Part shown: piece by piece, positions 36,662 to 46,432 of the stretch
Layout of the letters: each line of letters begins with the position of its first letter
Numbering within the stretch: the stretch's first letter is position 1
Source: Patescibacteria group bacterium
Lineage (GTDB): Bacteria; Patescibacteriota; Minisyncoccia; Minisyncoccales; DG-74-3
Direction: 5' to 3'
Assembly: GCA_043818355.1 (NCBI GenBank)
Contig: JBDRFX010000021.1
Coordinates: 3,228 to 67,227, forward strand
DNA: 64,000 nucleotides
Made by a program: the position numbers and the translations under genes
Notes under the pieces: generated by a model
Told to the model about the DNA's origin: nothing
What the model saw: the letters and a program-made list of their open reading frames with translations, nothing else
Database searches by the model: none

Positions 36662-39112
36662 TTATTCTTCTTTCTTTTTTTCTTCTTTCTTTTTTTCTTT
36701 AGAGGATTGTCTTCCGATTTCTTTTACTAAGTTAGTAGTGAATCCTATCAAGCTTTTATCCACGACTTTCTTTATTTCTTGAGTGTTGCTTTTTTTGAGC
36801 TTAAGATTTTCCTCGTTTTGGTCGAGTCTGTTTTGGGTGCTTTTAAGTATATTTTCTAGATTTTGAACTTTAAAACCAGAGGCTCCAGCATTTCTTGCTT
36901 CGCTAATTTTCGTTGTAGTCTCTTCCATTTTTTCTTTTAATTCGCCCATATTTTTGCTCATTTTGTTTATTTCTTGAAGTCCTTTTGTATAGATGGCTTG
37001 ATTTTTTTCAATTTTAGCAATTTCTTTTTGTATTTCTTCAGTGTTTCCTTTTAGCTCTGCGAAATTTAAACCGGCATGTTTTAACGCGTTAATCTTAATG
37101 GTATTTGGCGTGATTGTTGAGATTGTTGTTTGATTGCCTCGGATTTGGATTACTTGTTTTATATGCTGATTCAGTTTTGTTTTGTCTATGCTTTCTATTT
37201 CTGGTGGCAACTTTAAAAACGCTGGACTACTCATGAGATATTTAACAAGGGCAGGATTTTCATGTACTAAATTTTCACCTCTACTATTTATAGCGCTTTG
37301 CATGATGTCGCGTGTTTTTTGATCAGAATTTTTTAAAGTTGCTCCAAGTTGACCTGGAGTTAATAGTGGTGCTAATTCTTTTCCAAGATCTGTTTCAAAG
37401 AATTTTTTATCAAGAGTTTCCATGTTTTTGTTAGATACGCCTGCAAATGCATTGCTAAGTATTTCTCTCTTGATAGCTGTTTTGGCATTGTTTTTTCCAT
37501 CTATAATGTTTTGTATTTTTGTCTTAATTTCTTGACCGCTTAGACTACTGTTCGCCGTTAAATTGCCTACTGCGACTCCTAGTTTTTGATCTTCTATAGA
37601 ATCCATAATTTTCATTATTTCAAATTGTTCCGCATAGTCAGAAGTCATTTGGGATTCTAAATCATCGGAGTTTCCTAGCTTGTCAAGGATAATTTTTGAT
37701 TTTATGGAGGCGACAGTCTTAGACGGCTTTATTCCTAAAACTTTATCGAGCTCTTTCTTTTTAGAGTCTTTTTCTATTATTCTTCCAGCTAATTCTGTGG
37801 TCCCTCCTATTCTTCTAGTAGTCCATCCCCTAAGACCAGTACCTTCGGATGCTCTCATTTTGTCTCCCATATCCCTCATTTTTTGACCAACTACTTCTCT
37901 TACTTCACTAATCCTGTCTTTTGTTATCGCACCAGCAATTTTCTGACTTTTTTCAGCTAATTTACTAGCAGCTTTAGGCATAGATTGAATTGAAATCATG
38001 ATTCCAAACCATAACATAGCTACAGAGATCATTGGAGCTAATATTTTTCCCAATAGATCGTTAGTTTGTGTTAGACTCATGCTATTTACAGTATCTTTTA
38101 ATGGAAGAGACAAGGTTGTTTCTAATTGAAAAGCAGTCAGTACTTCGTCTTGCTTAATCATTATTAAGTTAGACAAATATAAGAAAAAGCCAATAGGAAT
38201 TCCAACCGTAGCCCAAGCTACAAATTCTTTCCACCAACCCTTCCAACTTAATACGTCGGGTAATAATGATTTTACTAAATCAGAGTCTGTGGGTAGAACT
38301 TGAGAGAAGAAAGCTATTGGAGAAAGAATCATCAAAATCCATAAATAGATAATTCTGACAAACAATATTATAAAGACGGTAAAATAGGTAAAAGCAGAAA
38401 AGGCATAGAACATAATTAAAACTAAGCCATAGATCATAATGCTGGCAAAGTTGCCCATATAGATAGCCAAATTGTTAACTTCAGAATTTTCTTTAAAAAA
38501 GAATATGGATTGGAAGGAACTTGTAATATAATTCACTGCTTGGTCAAGTAGAGAAGGTAGGCTAGATATTTCTCCTGTTTTATTAAAAAAGAAATTAGTG
38601 AAAATATTGGCAATGTCTACTACAAAGCCGACTAAGACGGGAGTGAAATTAATTAAAAGAATAACAGCAATTAATTTTGGTAATGTTTTTTCAACCTCAT
38701 AGTTTTTTAATCTTAAGATTTTAGCTAGACCAATAATGGCTAGTATTAAGAGAAAAAACATATTAATAAAATCTCTCGTAAAGGCCCATCCTATCAACAC
38801 GATAGCATTTTGCGTAATGCTTACGTTTAAGCAAACAGTCATCAGCCAAGATAAAATAGAGGCTATTGTGGAGAAGATTAGTCCTGCTACCATGGCTAAA
38901 AGTCCCATAATTAAAGCCATAAAAAACAGCGGTATTTTAGTTATCAAAAGAGTACTAGAGACAAGTATTTTTTGGATAGCCTCTGATAGAGTTTCTAAAA
39001 TTCCAGCTTCTGCCATCTTAGTTGGTATCATGCTTAAGTAAAGAGAAAGCAGAATAGCAGAAAAAATTAATTTTCTGTTTTTAAATAATGTTTTGGCTAT
39101 TTTTTTTATCAC
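36662..39112 (-). CDS. VirB6/TrbL-like polytopic membrane protein with a roughly 450-aa hydrophilic coiled-coil C-terminal extension
   Basis: 816 aa. At least 8 TM helices in the N-terminal 370 aa, then K/E-rich coiled coil ending EKKKEEKKKEE. Confidence 0.5.
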   Translation of the reverse strand: MIKKIAKTLFKNRKLIFSAILLSLYLSMIPTKMAEAGILETLSEAIQKILVSSTLLITKIPLFFMALIMGLLAMVAGLIFSTIASILSWLMTVCLNVSITQNAIVLIGWAFTRDFINMFFLLILAIIGLAKILRLKNYEVEKTLPKLIAVILLINFTPVLVGFVVDIANIFTNFFFNKTGEISSLPSLLDQAVNYITSSFQSIFFFKENSEVNNLAIYMGNFASIMIYGLVLIMFYAFSAFTYFTVFIILFVRIIYLWILMILSPIAFFSQVLPTDSDLVKSLLPDVLSWKGWWKEFVAWATVGIPIGFFLYLSNLIMIKQDEVLTAFQLETTLSLPLKDTVNSMSLTQTNDLLGKILAPMISVAMLWFGIMISIQSMPKAASKLAEKSQKIAGAITKDRISEVREVVGQKMRDMGDKMRASEGTGLRGWTTRRIGGTTELAGRIIEKDSKKKELDKVLGIKPSKTVASIKSKIILDKLGNSDDLESQMTSDYAEQFEIMKIMDSIEDQKLGVAVGNLTANSSLSGQEIKTKIQNIIDGKNNAKTAIKREILSNAFAGVSNKNMETLDKKFFETDLGKELAPLLTPGQLGATLKNSDQKTRDIMQSAINSRGENLVHENPALVKYLMSSPAFLKLPPEIESIDKTKLNQHIKQVIQIRGNQTTISTITPNTIKINALKHAGLNFAELKGNTEEIQKEIAKIEKNQAIYTKGLQEINKMSKNMGELKEKMEETTTKISEARNAGASGFKVQNLENILKSTQNRLDQNEENLKLKKSNTQEIKKVVDKSLIGFTTNLVKEIGRQSSKEKKKEEKKKEE

Positions 39113-39177
39113 AGGTTAAAAATTATTAATAACTTTTATAATTACGTAATATTTTATTATATACTATGAGTTCATTT

Positions 39178-41724
39178 CTAGAAAGAGATTTGCCACCATG
39201 ATCCCATAGAAAATCCTAAAAGACCCAACAACATATTCAGGAATATCCAAGCAAAGAAAATAATAAAATATCCTTGCCCTGCCATTGTCCATGCTCTTTT
39301 TACTTTAAGCAAAACATTAGGAAAGTCATCATACATAGAGCTAAGGCTTTGTGTATAAGCAAAGTAGACATAGGCTCCAGTCCCTAAGGTTAATAGAGTT
39401 AAAATCATTAAGCTAACTCTCCATAATAAGAAATCTAGAATTATTCTAAACAAGAAAAAAAGATGTTTAATTTCGCATTTTTCCATTTCATTCCAAGGAG
39501 TATCTAGATTGTTTGTGTATCTTCCGCAGGGTACTAATCCAGCTTTTGAGGGGATATCAGGTTCTATTAAACTAAATTCTAGAGTTTCACTAACATATCC
39601 GGCTTGACTGCATTCGTTATCTAAACAAGCTTGGACATTCCAACTATAAGTACCAAGGCAAATTAAATCATTGAGAAAAATAGAATTAGAGCCAATAATA
39701 GATCTAAGAATTTCTTTACCTCCTTGGCTTTGACATTCTTCTGATTCTTGTTCTAGCGGAGCTTTTAGAGATAAGGTTGCAAGATAATAATTAGCACCTT
39801 CCACATTATCCCATTCTATTTTTTTATTATTTGTTACCATTTCTCCATCATTTTCAGGTATAGTATTTTGAGGAGCAGGAAGTTTTTTTGTTTCAAATAT
39901 TTGCTTATCAGTCCAAGAACCACAATATTCATTTAATCCTTCTTGATCAGCGCATGTTTTAACTCGGAAAGAATAATTTTTTTCTTGTAACGCTCCTTCA
40001 TTAAATCCGAAACTTAATATTGATTTGGGAGCAGCTCCAATGGGCTTAATAGTATTTTCTAGAATAATATTTGACCCCTCTTTTATTTCATATTTATAAG
40101 AAAGTGCTCCAGGGATATCCTCCCAGTTTATTTGAATAGGAAAAGAAGAATTATTAATATTTATGTTTTGAGGAGTTTTTCCTGTTGTTTGAAACTTCCA
40201 AGCAGAAGTGGTATTTTCTTCACAATTTTTTATAGTATCTTTTATATGACTTGAACATGCTGAAACTTGCCAGTTATAAATAGTATCTAAATTAAGATCT
40301 TTCCAAAAATGATCAAAATTAACAACTAGTCCATATTCCATAAGCTCTTTCCGAACAGTAGTATTATTTTTTTTGATTTCATAAAAATATGTTATAGCTC
40401 CCAATGTATCACTCCACTCCAAGTTACTTAAAAGATTAACAACAGGGATTGAATTAGGAAAGTTAGGATTGTATTGGGGAAATATTTTTTTGGGAATAGC
40501 GATGTCTACGAATTCAGTACGAAATCCCCACTTTTGGCTAGTTTCTGTTTCGCAAACATTTCCCTCTGTGTCAGAGCAAATAGTGACTTTCCAGTCATAG
40601 TCAGTATCTTTGGTGAGAGCTTCTAATCCTTCAAATTGAAGATAATTAGGCAAATTACCTTCTGTTTCTAATATTGTTTCATCCCAGATGAATTCACCAT
40701 CGCTATGTCTGTCTATGTTTAATAAATATGAGCCAGCAGAATCAGCTGGACACCATTCAAGCTTTACTGGAAATAAAACAGGTTCTTCAGTTTCAATAAA
40801 GGGCCCTGTCCAATCTTTGTCTTTTGGAGTTTTTAATTCAGGAGTTAAGGCAGTGGAAAAACTCCATTCTTGTACGTCTTCGCTTTCAAATGGTTTGCAA
40901 TCAGTTTCATTGAATCCGCAACAAGGTACAACTTTCCAACTTTCATTGCTACCTGCCCGAAATGTACATGCATTAGGAACAAATTCAGAGGCAGTTATAT
41001 TAACAGCAATATTTTTTTCATCATTATTAAATTGAATCTTATATGATTCAACACCATCATTTTTTTGCCATAGCTCCACATCATCCCAGTCTAGTTTTAC
41101 TGGCAGAGAAATATTATTACTTGGAAGACTTTTTTCTGGATTGCTATAATCTCTTGGAAAATATGGGCTATCATAATATCGGGGTTGTCCTTTTACTGGC
41201 TCTAAACAATCTCCCTTACAATCACAAGTATAAGTAGACTTATTTTTGGTCCAATTTGTTCCTCCAGAACAAGTTTGCCAACTTTCACAATCCTTGTCTT
41301 TGGTGTAATTTGTTTCACAATCAATATCTCTAGGCTCGCTCCAGCTGGTACATTTTTCTATGTATTTTCCGCTGGAATTTTTTTCACAACCGTCACAAGA
41401 TCTAGTTATTATGCCAGAGCATATTTTTTTTCTTATATATTCATCAACGCAAATTTTTTGTACTGGATTGCAACTGTATTCATTCCATTCCGCAATATCA
41501 ATTGTTAATTTTTCTGGTGCTTTATCACATTCTTCGCTCCAATGGCATTCTTCTACCTCGCCAACTGTAAAGCATTCATTGCAATATTGAGTTCCACAGG
41601 TATCGCATTTTCTAGTAGTGTCTTTAGCACAAGGAGATTCAGCTAAAACAGGCCCTATATATAATAGGGTTCCCAAAATGATTAGAAACAGAAAGAATAC
41701 TTGAGAAACTGAAAGCTTATTCAT
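39178..41724 (-). CDS. Giant secreted Cys-rich surface protein with W-rich repeat domains and a C-terminal pilin-like two-helix anchor
   Basis: 848 aa. Signal peptide. About 30 Cys in the first 200 aa (CAKDTTRKCDTCGTQYCNECF...). Repeated about 100-aa W-containing modules. C-terminus FIIFFAWIFLNMLLGLLGFSMGSWWQISF is homologous to the 134-aa protein at 49431-49835. Confidence 0.5.
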   Translation of the reverse strand: MNKLSVSQVFFLFLIILGTLLYIGPVLAESPCAKDTTRKCDTCGTQYCNECFTVGEVEECHWSEECDKAPEKLTIDIAEWNEYSCNPVQKICVDEYIRKKICSGIITRSCDGCEKNSSGKYIEKCTSWSEPRDIDCETNYTKDKDCESWQTCSGGTNWTKNKSTYTCDCKGDCLEPVKGQPRYYDSPYFPRDYSNPEKSLPSNNISLPVKLDWDDVELWQKNDGVESYKIQFNNDEKNIAVNITASEFVPNACTFRAGSNESWKVVPCCGFNETDCKPFESEDVQEWSFSTALTPELKTPKDKDWTGPFIETEEPVLFPVKLEWCPADSAGSYLLNIDRHSDGEFIWDETILETEGNLPNYLQFEGLEALTKDTDYDWKVTICSDTEGNVCETETSQKWGFRTEFVDIAIPKKIFPQYNPNFPNSIPVVNLLSNLEWSDTLGAITYFYEIKKNNTTVRKELMEYGLVVNFDHFWKDLNLDTIYNWQVSACSSHIKDTIKNCEENTTSAWKFQTTGKTPQNININNSSFPIQINWEDIPGALSYKYEIKEGSNIILENTIKPIGAAPKSILSFGFNEGALQEKNYSFRVKTCADQEGLNEYCGSWTDKQIFETKKLPAPQNTIPENDGEMVTNNKKIEWDNVEGANYYLATLSLKAPLEQESEECQSQGGKEILRSIIGSNSIFLNDLICLGTYSWNVQACLDNECSQAGYVSETLEFSLIEPDIPSKAGLVPCGRYTNNLDTPWNEMEKCEIKHLFFLFRIILDFLLWRVSLMILTLLTLGTGAYVYFAYTQSLSSMYDDFPNVLLKVKRAWTMAGQGYFIIFFAWIFLNMLLGLLGFSMGSWWQISF

Positions 41725-42559
41725 TAATATATTTTAAACTTTTTGCTAAATTTATCCAATCTTGGATTTTTAGAGACTCAGCCCTTCTACTTCCTTCAAT
41801 TTTTCCTTTATTCAATAATTTTGAAATTTGTTTTTTATCTAAATTAAGTTCTTGAGAAAAATTATTGGCTAATTGTTTTCTAGGATGAGAAAATCCAGCT
41901 TTCATAATTTTAAAAAATTCTGGAGCAAGAGTTTCTCTTTGTTGTTCCAAAACGTTTTTAGACAACATGGATACTTCAAGAATTGCAGAGTCAATAGTTG
42001 GAACTGGCCAAAAAGAGTTTTTAGAAATTAAAGAAATAATTTTAGGTTGAGCAAAGAATTGAACAGAGTTAGACAGAATGGTCATATCAGGAGGCGTGCT
42101 ACAAATTCTTTGGGCAACTTCTTTCTGTATAATAAAAACCATTTTTTCAGGTTTATTGGGCTCTTCTAAGAATTTCTTTATAATAGGAGAGGTAATATAA
42201 AAAGGCAGATTGCCCACTATTTTATACTTCTTTAGATTATGGGTATTGAAGTTCAAAATATCATCTTGAATTATTTTGATGTTTTCAAAATCTTTTAAAA
42301 TTTCCTTAGAAGCTTTAACCAATTCAGGATCTTTTTCAACTCCAATGACTTCCCCAGCTTTTTCTGCAAGGAATTGAGTAATGCTTCCAAGACCAGAGCC
42401 AATTTCTATAACAGTATCATTTTCATTCAAATCACAGGTTGTAATAAATTTAGCAATAATATTTTTATCTATTAAAAAGTTCTGCCCCATTTTCTTTTGT
42501 GGTTTAAGATTATAGTCCTCCAAGATGACCTGTATTGCCTTAGCTGAATATAGATTCAT
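41717..42559 (-). CDS. rsmA: 16S rRNA (adenine1518/1519-N6)-dimethyltransferase KsgA/RsmA
   Basis: 280 aa. NFLIDKNIIAKFI and SAM motif EIGSGLGSITQFL. Stop overlaps the start of the 848-aa gene by 8 nt. Confidence 0.9.
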   Translation of the reverse strand: MNLYSAKAIQVILEDYNLKPQKKMGQNFLIDKNIIAKFITTCDLNENDTVIEIGSGLGSITQFLAEKAGEVIGVEKDPELVKASKEILKDFENIKIIQDDILNFNTHNLKKYKIVGNLPFYITSPIIKKFLEEPNKPEKMVFIIQKEVAQRICSTPPDMTILSNSVQFFAQPKIISLISKNSFWPVPTIDSAILEVSMLSKNVLEQQRETLAPEFFKIMKAGFSHPRKQLANNFSQELNLDKKQISKLLNKGKIEGSRRAESLKIQDWINLAKSLKYINE

Positions 42560-42647
42560 ATTATTTAGGCTATCAGATTATTAAGTTTAAATCTACTTGA
42601 CTTTAAAGTCAGGGAAGGTATCATTAAGGCAAGTCAATTAAAGTATA

Positions 42648-43688
42648 TTGTCTTTGTTTAATTACAAAAAAATAACCCTATATATGTCACGGAAAAACAT
42701 TTTAATTGTTCTGATTGTGCTTACGGCTTTAATTTCATTGAATATTTTTAAAAACGAATCTCCATCTCTGAGTATGGAGAATTTTCAGTTTACCAACCCC
42801 AGCGATCTTTTTTTGAGTTCAATAGAAAAGTTTTCCATTGAATCCCCTGATTTATTGCTAATTCAGAAAAACAGTTTAAGAGCATCAATGCCTCCTACGG
42901 TTTTTTCTCCTCAAGTCTTAGGATCCTTAGTTGGAACAAGTGTTGAATCAACAGCAAGAAACTATATCATTGAATATGTTGTTGAATCAGGAGACACTCT
43001 TTCAGTTATTGCCAATAATAACAATATTTCTTTGAATAGTTTGCTTTGGGCCAATGATTTAACTCAATATTCTAAAATTAAGGTTGGACAAAAATTAGTT
43101 ATTCCTCCGGTTTCAGGAATAATTTATGTTGTTAAAAAAGGAGACACACTAAGTCAAATAGTTGAAAAATACAAAGGTAGCGTTCAAGAAATAGTTGAAT
43201 TTAATAAATTGTCAAGCGAATCAGATATTTTTATAGGAGATATTGTGGTTATCCCAGGAGGTAAGATGCCAGAAGGATTAACTCGTATTGTTAGTATTCC
43301 GGTTGGTGCTTCGTATTTTATTTATCCTTGCGAAGGTACTATTACTCAGGGATTGCATGGAGACATTAGAAATGCTGTAGATATTGCCAATAAGTGTGGA
43401 AAGCCAATTATTGCTTCAGCTTCAGGTATAGTTCAAAGATCAGGAACGATTTGGATTGGAGGTCAAAGAATAACAATTTTGCATCCCAATGGAGTAGTTA
43501 CTTATTATGGTCATTTATCTAAGATTTTTGTTACGTCAGGCCAAGAAGTAAGAAAAGGTGACATTATTGGATTAATGGGCAATACAGGCTATACAATAGG
43601 AGTTACTGGTTGCCACCTTCACTTTGATGTCAGAGGAACCGCAAACTTTTTAGGTGGATATTCAGTTGGAACAAAGTTAAGCTGGTAA
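42648..43688 (+). CDS. LysM-domain M23 metallo-endopeptidase (peptidoglycan hydrolase)
   Basis: 346 aa. Two LysM repeats (YVVESGDTLSVIA, YVVKKGDTLSQIV) and M23 motifs HGDIRNAVD...GNTGYTIGVTGCHLHFDV. Confidence 0.85.
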   Translation: MSLFNYKKITLYMSRKNILIVLIVLTALISLNIFKNESPSLSMENFQFTNPSDLFLSSIEKFSIESPDLLLIQKNSLRASMPPTVFSPQVLGSLVGTSVESTARNYIIEYVVESGDTLSVIANNNNISLNSLLWANDLTQYSKIKVGQKLVIPPVSGIIYVVKKGDTLSQIVEKYKGSVQEIVEFNKLSSESDIFIGDIVVIPGGKMPEGLTRIVSIPVGASYFIYPCEGTITQGLHGDIRNAVDIANKCGKPIIASASGIVQRSGTIWIGGQRITILHPNGVVTYYGHLSKIFVTSGQEVRKGDIIGLMGNTGYTIGVTGCHLHFDVRGTANFLGGYSVGTKLSW

Positions 43689-43771
43689 TAAAAACAATAT
43701 TTTACAAAAAATTAAGCCGCTATATTCCATTGGAAAATAGCGGTTTTAAAAAATAAGAAAAAAAGGTGGGA

Positions 43772-44170
43772 TTATATGTGTTTTTCTAGGAAATTTGCGA
43801 AGCCTGCCTGTATCTGGGGTGTAACATGAACAGATATGTTCTCTTCAAGTTTTTTACTTGTTCCGGGGACAACTACGTATCTACCCATTTTTATATAGAC
43901 TCCATTTAGCACACTGGAGCCAGAAACACTAAGCATTTCTTTTGCCTGTTGTAGACTAATAAGTTTTTCTGCCTCGCAAAAAAAGAATGGCTCGCTCTTT
44001 TTCCTTTTTCTCAGGCTTCCTATTAGTTTTAATTGGTTATTGCCAGATATTTCTAGCGCTAGTCGTGCTGTTCTCGTTCCATTCGACAACACAAATTTTT
44101 GTGATGTTATGCCGATTGGAGCCATGCTTTTCCCATATTCGCAGTATCCTGATGGTTTTTCTTCTATCAA
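43772..44170 (-). CDS. Hypothetical protein
   Basis: 132-aa ORF, no recognisable motif. Confidence 0.3.
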   Translation of the reverse strand: MIEEKPSGYCEYGKSMAPIGITSQKFVLSNGTRTARLALEISGNNQLKLIGSLRKRKKSEPFFFCEAEKLISLQQAKEMLSVSGSSVLNGVYIKMGRYVVVPGTSKKLEENISVHVTPQIQAGFANFLEKHI

Positions 44171-44321
44171 TCTTACTCCTCGATGCTTTCCCCCTTATTC
44201 AAATTAAGAATAGGGAGATTGCAAATTAAAATATATATTAAATATGTTTTTTAGGCAAATTTTTCTCAAAAACAAAAAGCCATCTACGGGCTTAAAATTC
44301 CTTTAAGATGTCTTTTTTAAA

Positions 44322-44690
44322 TTACTTTTTGCACTTTAAGCAAATTCTAGCTTGAGGAGAAATTTTTAATCTTTCAATATTAATAGGCTTGCCACATACC
44401 TCGCATATGCCATATTTTTCTTTTTCAATCTTTTTTAGAGCTAAATTAATATCTTTAAATTTAGTTTCTAAGCTTTCTTCTATAGAAAGTAGCGTGCTGT
44501 ATTGTTCTACTTCATCAGCCTCTTTCTCTAGGTCTACTCCTTCAGAACCTGTTCCCATGGAAGGAAATTTAGTGTCCCAATCCCCTTCGGTGGTACTGTC
44601 TTTCTCAGCAAAACCACCTAGCATTTTTTCTAGTTTTTCTTTTTCTGCTTTTAATTTTTCCTTTAATTCTGTTTTTAATTTTTCATTCAT
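44322..44690 (-). CDS. DksA/TraR-family C4 zinc-finger protein
   Basis: 122 aa. N-terminal coiled coil, C-terminal CEVCGKPIN...CLKCKK zinc finger. Confidence 0.7.
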   Translation of the reverse strand: MNEKLKTELKEKLKAEKEKLEKMLGGFAEKDSTTEGDWDTKFPSMGTGSEGVDLEKEADEVEQYSTLLSIEESLETKFKDINLALKKIEKEKYGICEVCGKPINIERLKISPQARICLKCKK

Positions 44691-44694
44691 GTTT

Positions 44695-45552
44695 TTAATT
44701 TTTTATTCTAGCTATTATTAACCCCTGTCGACCATTATTTTTTAAATATTCTTCTAAAGATTCTTCGATTACTTTTCCTTTTATTGAAGAGGCATGTCTT
44801 AAAAGAATTTTTTCACTAATTGATATAATTCCAAGATGTGTTATGTCTAGCCCTTCATTCTTAGTATAGAATCCTATCAAGTCTCCATTTTTTAAAAACT
44901 GATAAGATTCCATAAGATTCTCTCTTGGAACGAAACATATTTCTTTATCAATAGGAGCAATTCCCTCTACCCATTCTTTGCTATTAAGTTCTTTTTGTTC
45001 GCAAATAAATCCTTCAAAAGTATTTGATATATTATTTATATTATATGCATTATCTATCCATTGGGCAAAAAAATGATTCCTTTTGATAAAACTGACTTCT
45101 CCATTTTCATATCTGATTAATTTTAATTTATCATAAAAGTCTGAAAAGTCATTTGATAGAGACAGAGCCACAACATAATCCAAGAAAGTAGAACAATCCA
45201 TTTCATCTAACTTGATTACAAGATTTTCTGACAAATCCTTATCAGTGTTTAGGGTGTCAGCCTTATACGGAATTTCTAAGAACATTTTTGAAATATAGTC
45301 TATTCTATCTCCGTCATTATATTCTTTAGATCTTTCAATTAATTCTTCAAGGGACTGAATATCCCAGTTACCCAAAGAAATTTCTTTTTTAAATTTTTCT
45401 TCTGGTAGAATAACCTCTGACTCTCTAACTGGAAAACAATAAGCCAGCGTTATGGCTATTATCAAAAAAACAAACGAAGAAAGTATTTTCTTCATACTTA
45501 AAGAGATAATTGTTGTGTGTAAAAATCTAACGTTTCCCAAGAAAAATTCCAA
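44695..45552 (-). CDS. Hypothetical secreted protein (possibly DUF1460/amidase-like)
   Basis: 285 aa. Internal Met gives signal peptide MKKILSSFVFLIIAITLAYC. C-terminal GLDITHLGIISI...HASSIKGKV. Weak assignment. Confidence 0.3.
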   Translation of the reverse strand: MEFFLGNVRFLHTTIISLSMKKILSSFVFLIIAITLAYCFPVRESEVILPEEKFKKEISLGNWDIQSLEELIERSKEYNDGDRIDYISKMFLEIPYKADTLNTDKDLSENLVIKLDEMDCSTFLDYVVALSLSNDFSDFYDKLKLIRYENGEVSFIKRNHFFAQWIDNAYNINNISNTFEGFICEQKELNSKEWVEGIAPIDKEICFVPRENLMESYQFLKNGDLIGFYTKNEGLDITHLGIISISEKILLRHASSIKGKVIEESLEEYLKNNGRQGLIIARIKN

Positions 45553-46421
45553 GGATCTGTTTGTTCTGGAGAAATTTCATTTCTTCCTAATATGTTTTCT
45601 TGGTTAATTGGATATTCTTTTTGTAAATAATTAACCAGCAGGGCTAAGGATTTATATTGGTTTTCATTAGGACTTTCGTCTATTTTATAAATCAACTCAA
45701 TACCTATAGAAAAATCATTAATAATATTCTTTCTACTACCATCTGGCATTGCTCCACTACCAGCATGATGAGCGATATATTCATTAGGAATTAAAAGATA
45801 GATTACTCCTTCTCTGTTAATAAAGTAATGGGGAGCAACTTTATAGTTTTTATATTTTTCAAGTATTGTGAAAATATCGTATGAATCTTCGCTAGTACTG
45901 TATCCTGAATGAATAATAATAGTATCAATATCACGAGGCTCGCTGGGAACTTTATATCCCCACGAAATAAGGTTGTTTTTTATCAGTTCCTCTATGGGCA
46001 GTTCCACTTTTTCTGGTTCTTTTATTTCGGGAATTTTTTCAACAATTTCCTCTGGATTTATTGCCTCCGGTATCTCTTCTTGATTATTTTTATTTATAAT
46101 TTTAATAACCAAAAAGCCAGCTATGGATAAAAAGATTAAGATTATTGCTATTCTGACGAGATATTTTTTAGCTTGAGAGGGTCGATAAATCTTTTTAGGT
46201 ATAATATCTTCTGTTACAGTCTGTGGGTCGGACGTAGGAAGTGGTGTGGACGGAGATGGAGTAATAATTTTTCCTCCACTTTTTTCAATTTCCAAAGACG
46301 CAATCCTTTCTCTTTCTGTTTGGGCTGCATTTTCCCTGAGACTTTTCAGGTCTTTTTGCATTGTCCTAATGTCTTCTCTTCTTAAGAACTTTAATTTTTC
46401 CTCTTTTTGTTCTTCTGCCAT
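45498..46421 (-). CDS. N-acetylmuramoyl-L-alanine amidase (Amidase_2/PGRP fold) with N-terminal coiled coil and TM anchor
   Basis: 307 aa. TIIIHSGYSTSE...APHYFINREGVIYLLIPNEYIAHHAGSG...SIGIELI. Confidence 0.7.
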   Translation of the reverse strand: MAEEQKEEKLKFLRREDIRTMQKDLKSLRENAAQTERERIASLEIEKSGGKIITPSPSTPLPTSDPQTVTEDIIPKKIYRPSQAKKYLVRIAIILIFLSIAGFLVIKIINKNNQEEIPEAINPEEIVEKIPEIKEPEKVELPIEELIKNNLISWGYKVPSEPRDIDTIIIHSGYSTSEDSYDIFTILEKYKNYKVAPHYFINREGVIYLLIPNEYIAHHAGSGAMPDGSRKNIINDFSIGIELIYKIDESPNENQYKSLALLVNYLQKEYPINQENILGRNEISPEQTDPWNFSWETLDFYTQQLSL

Positions 46422-46432
46422 TTAAAGAGATT

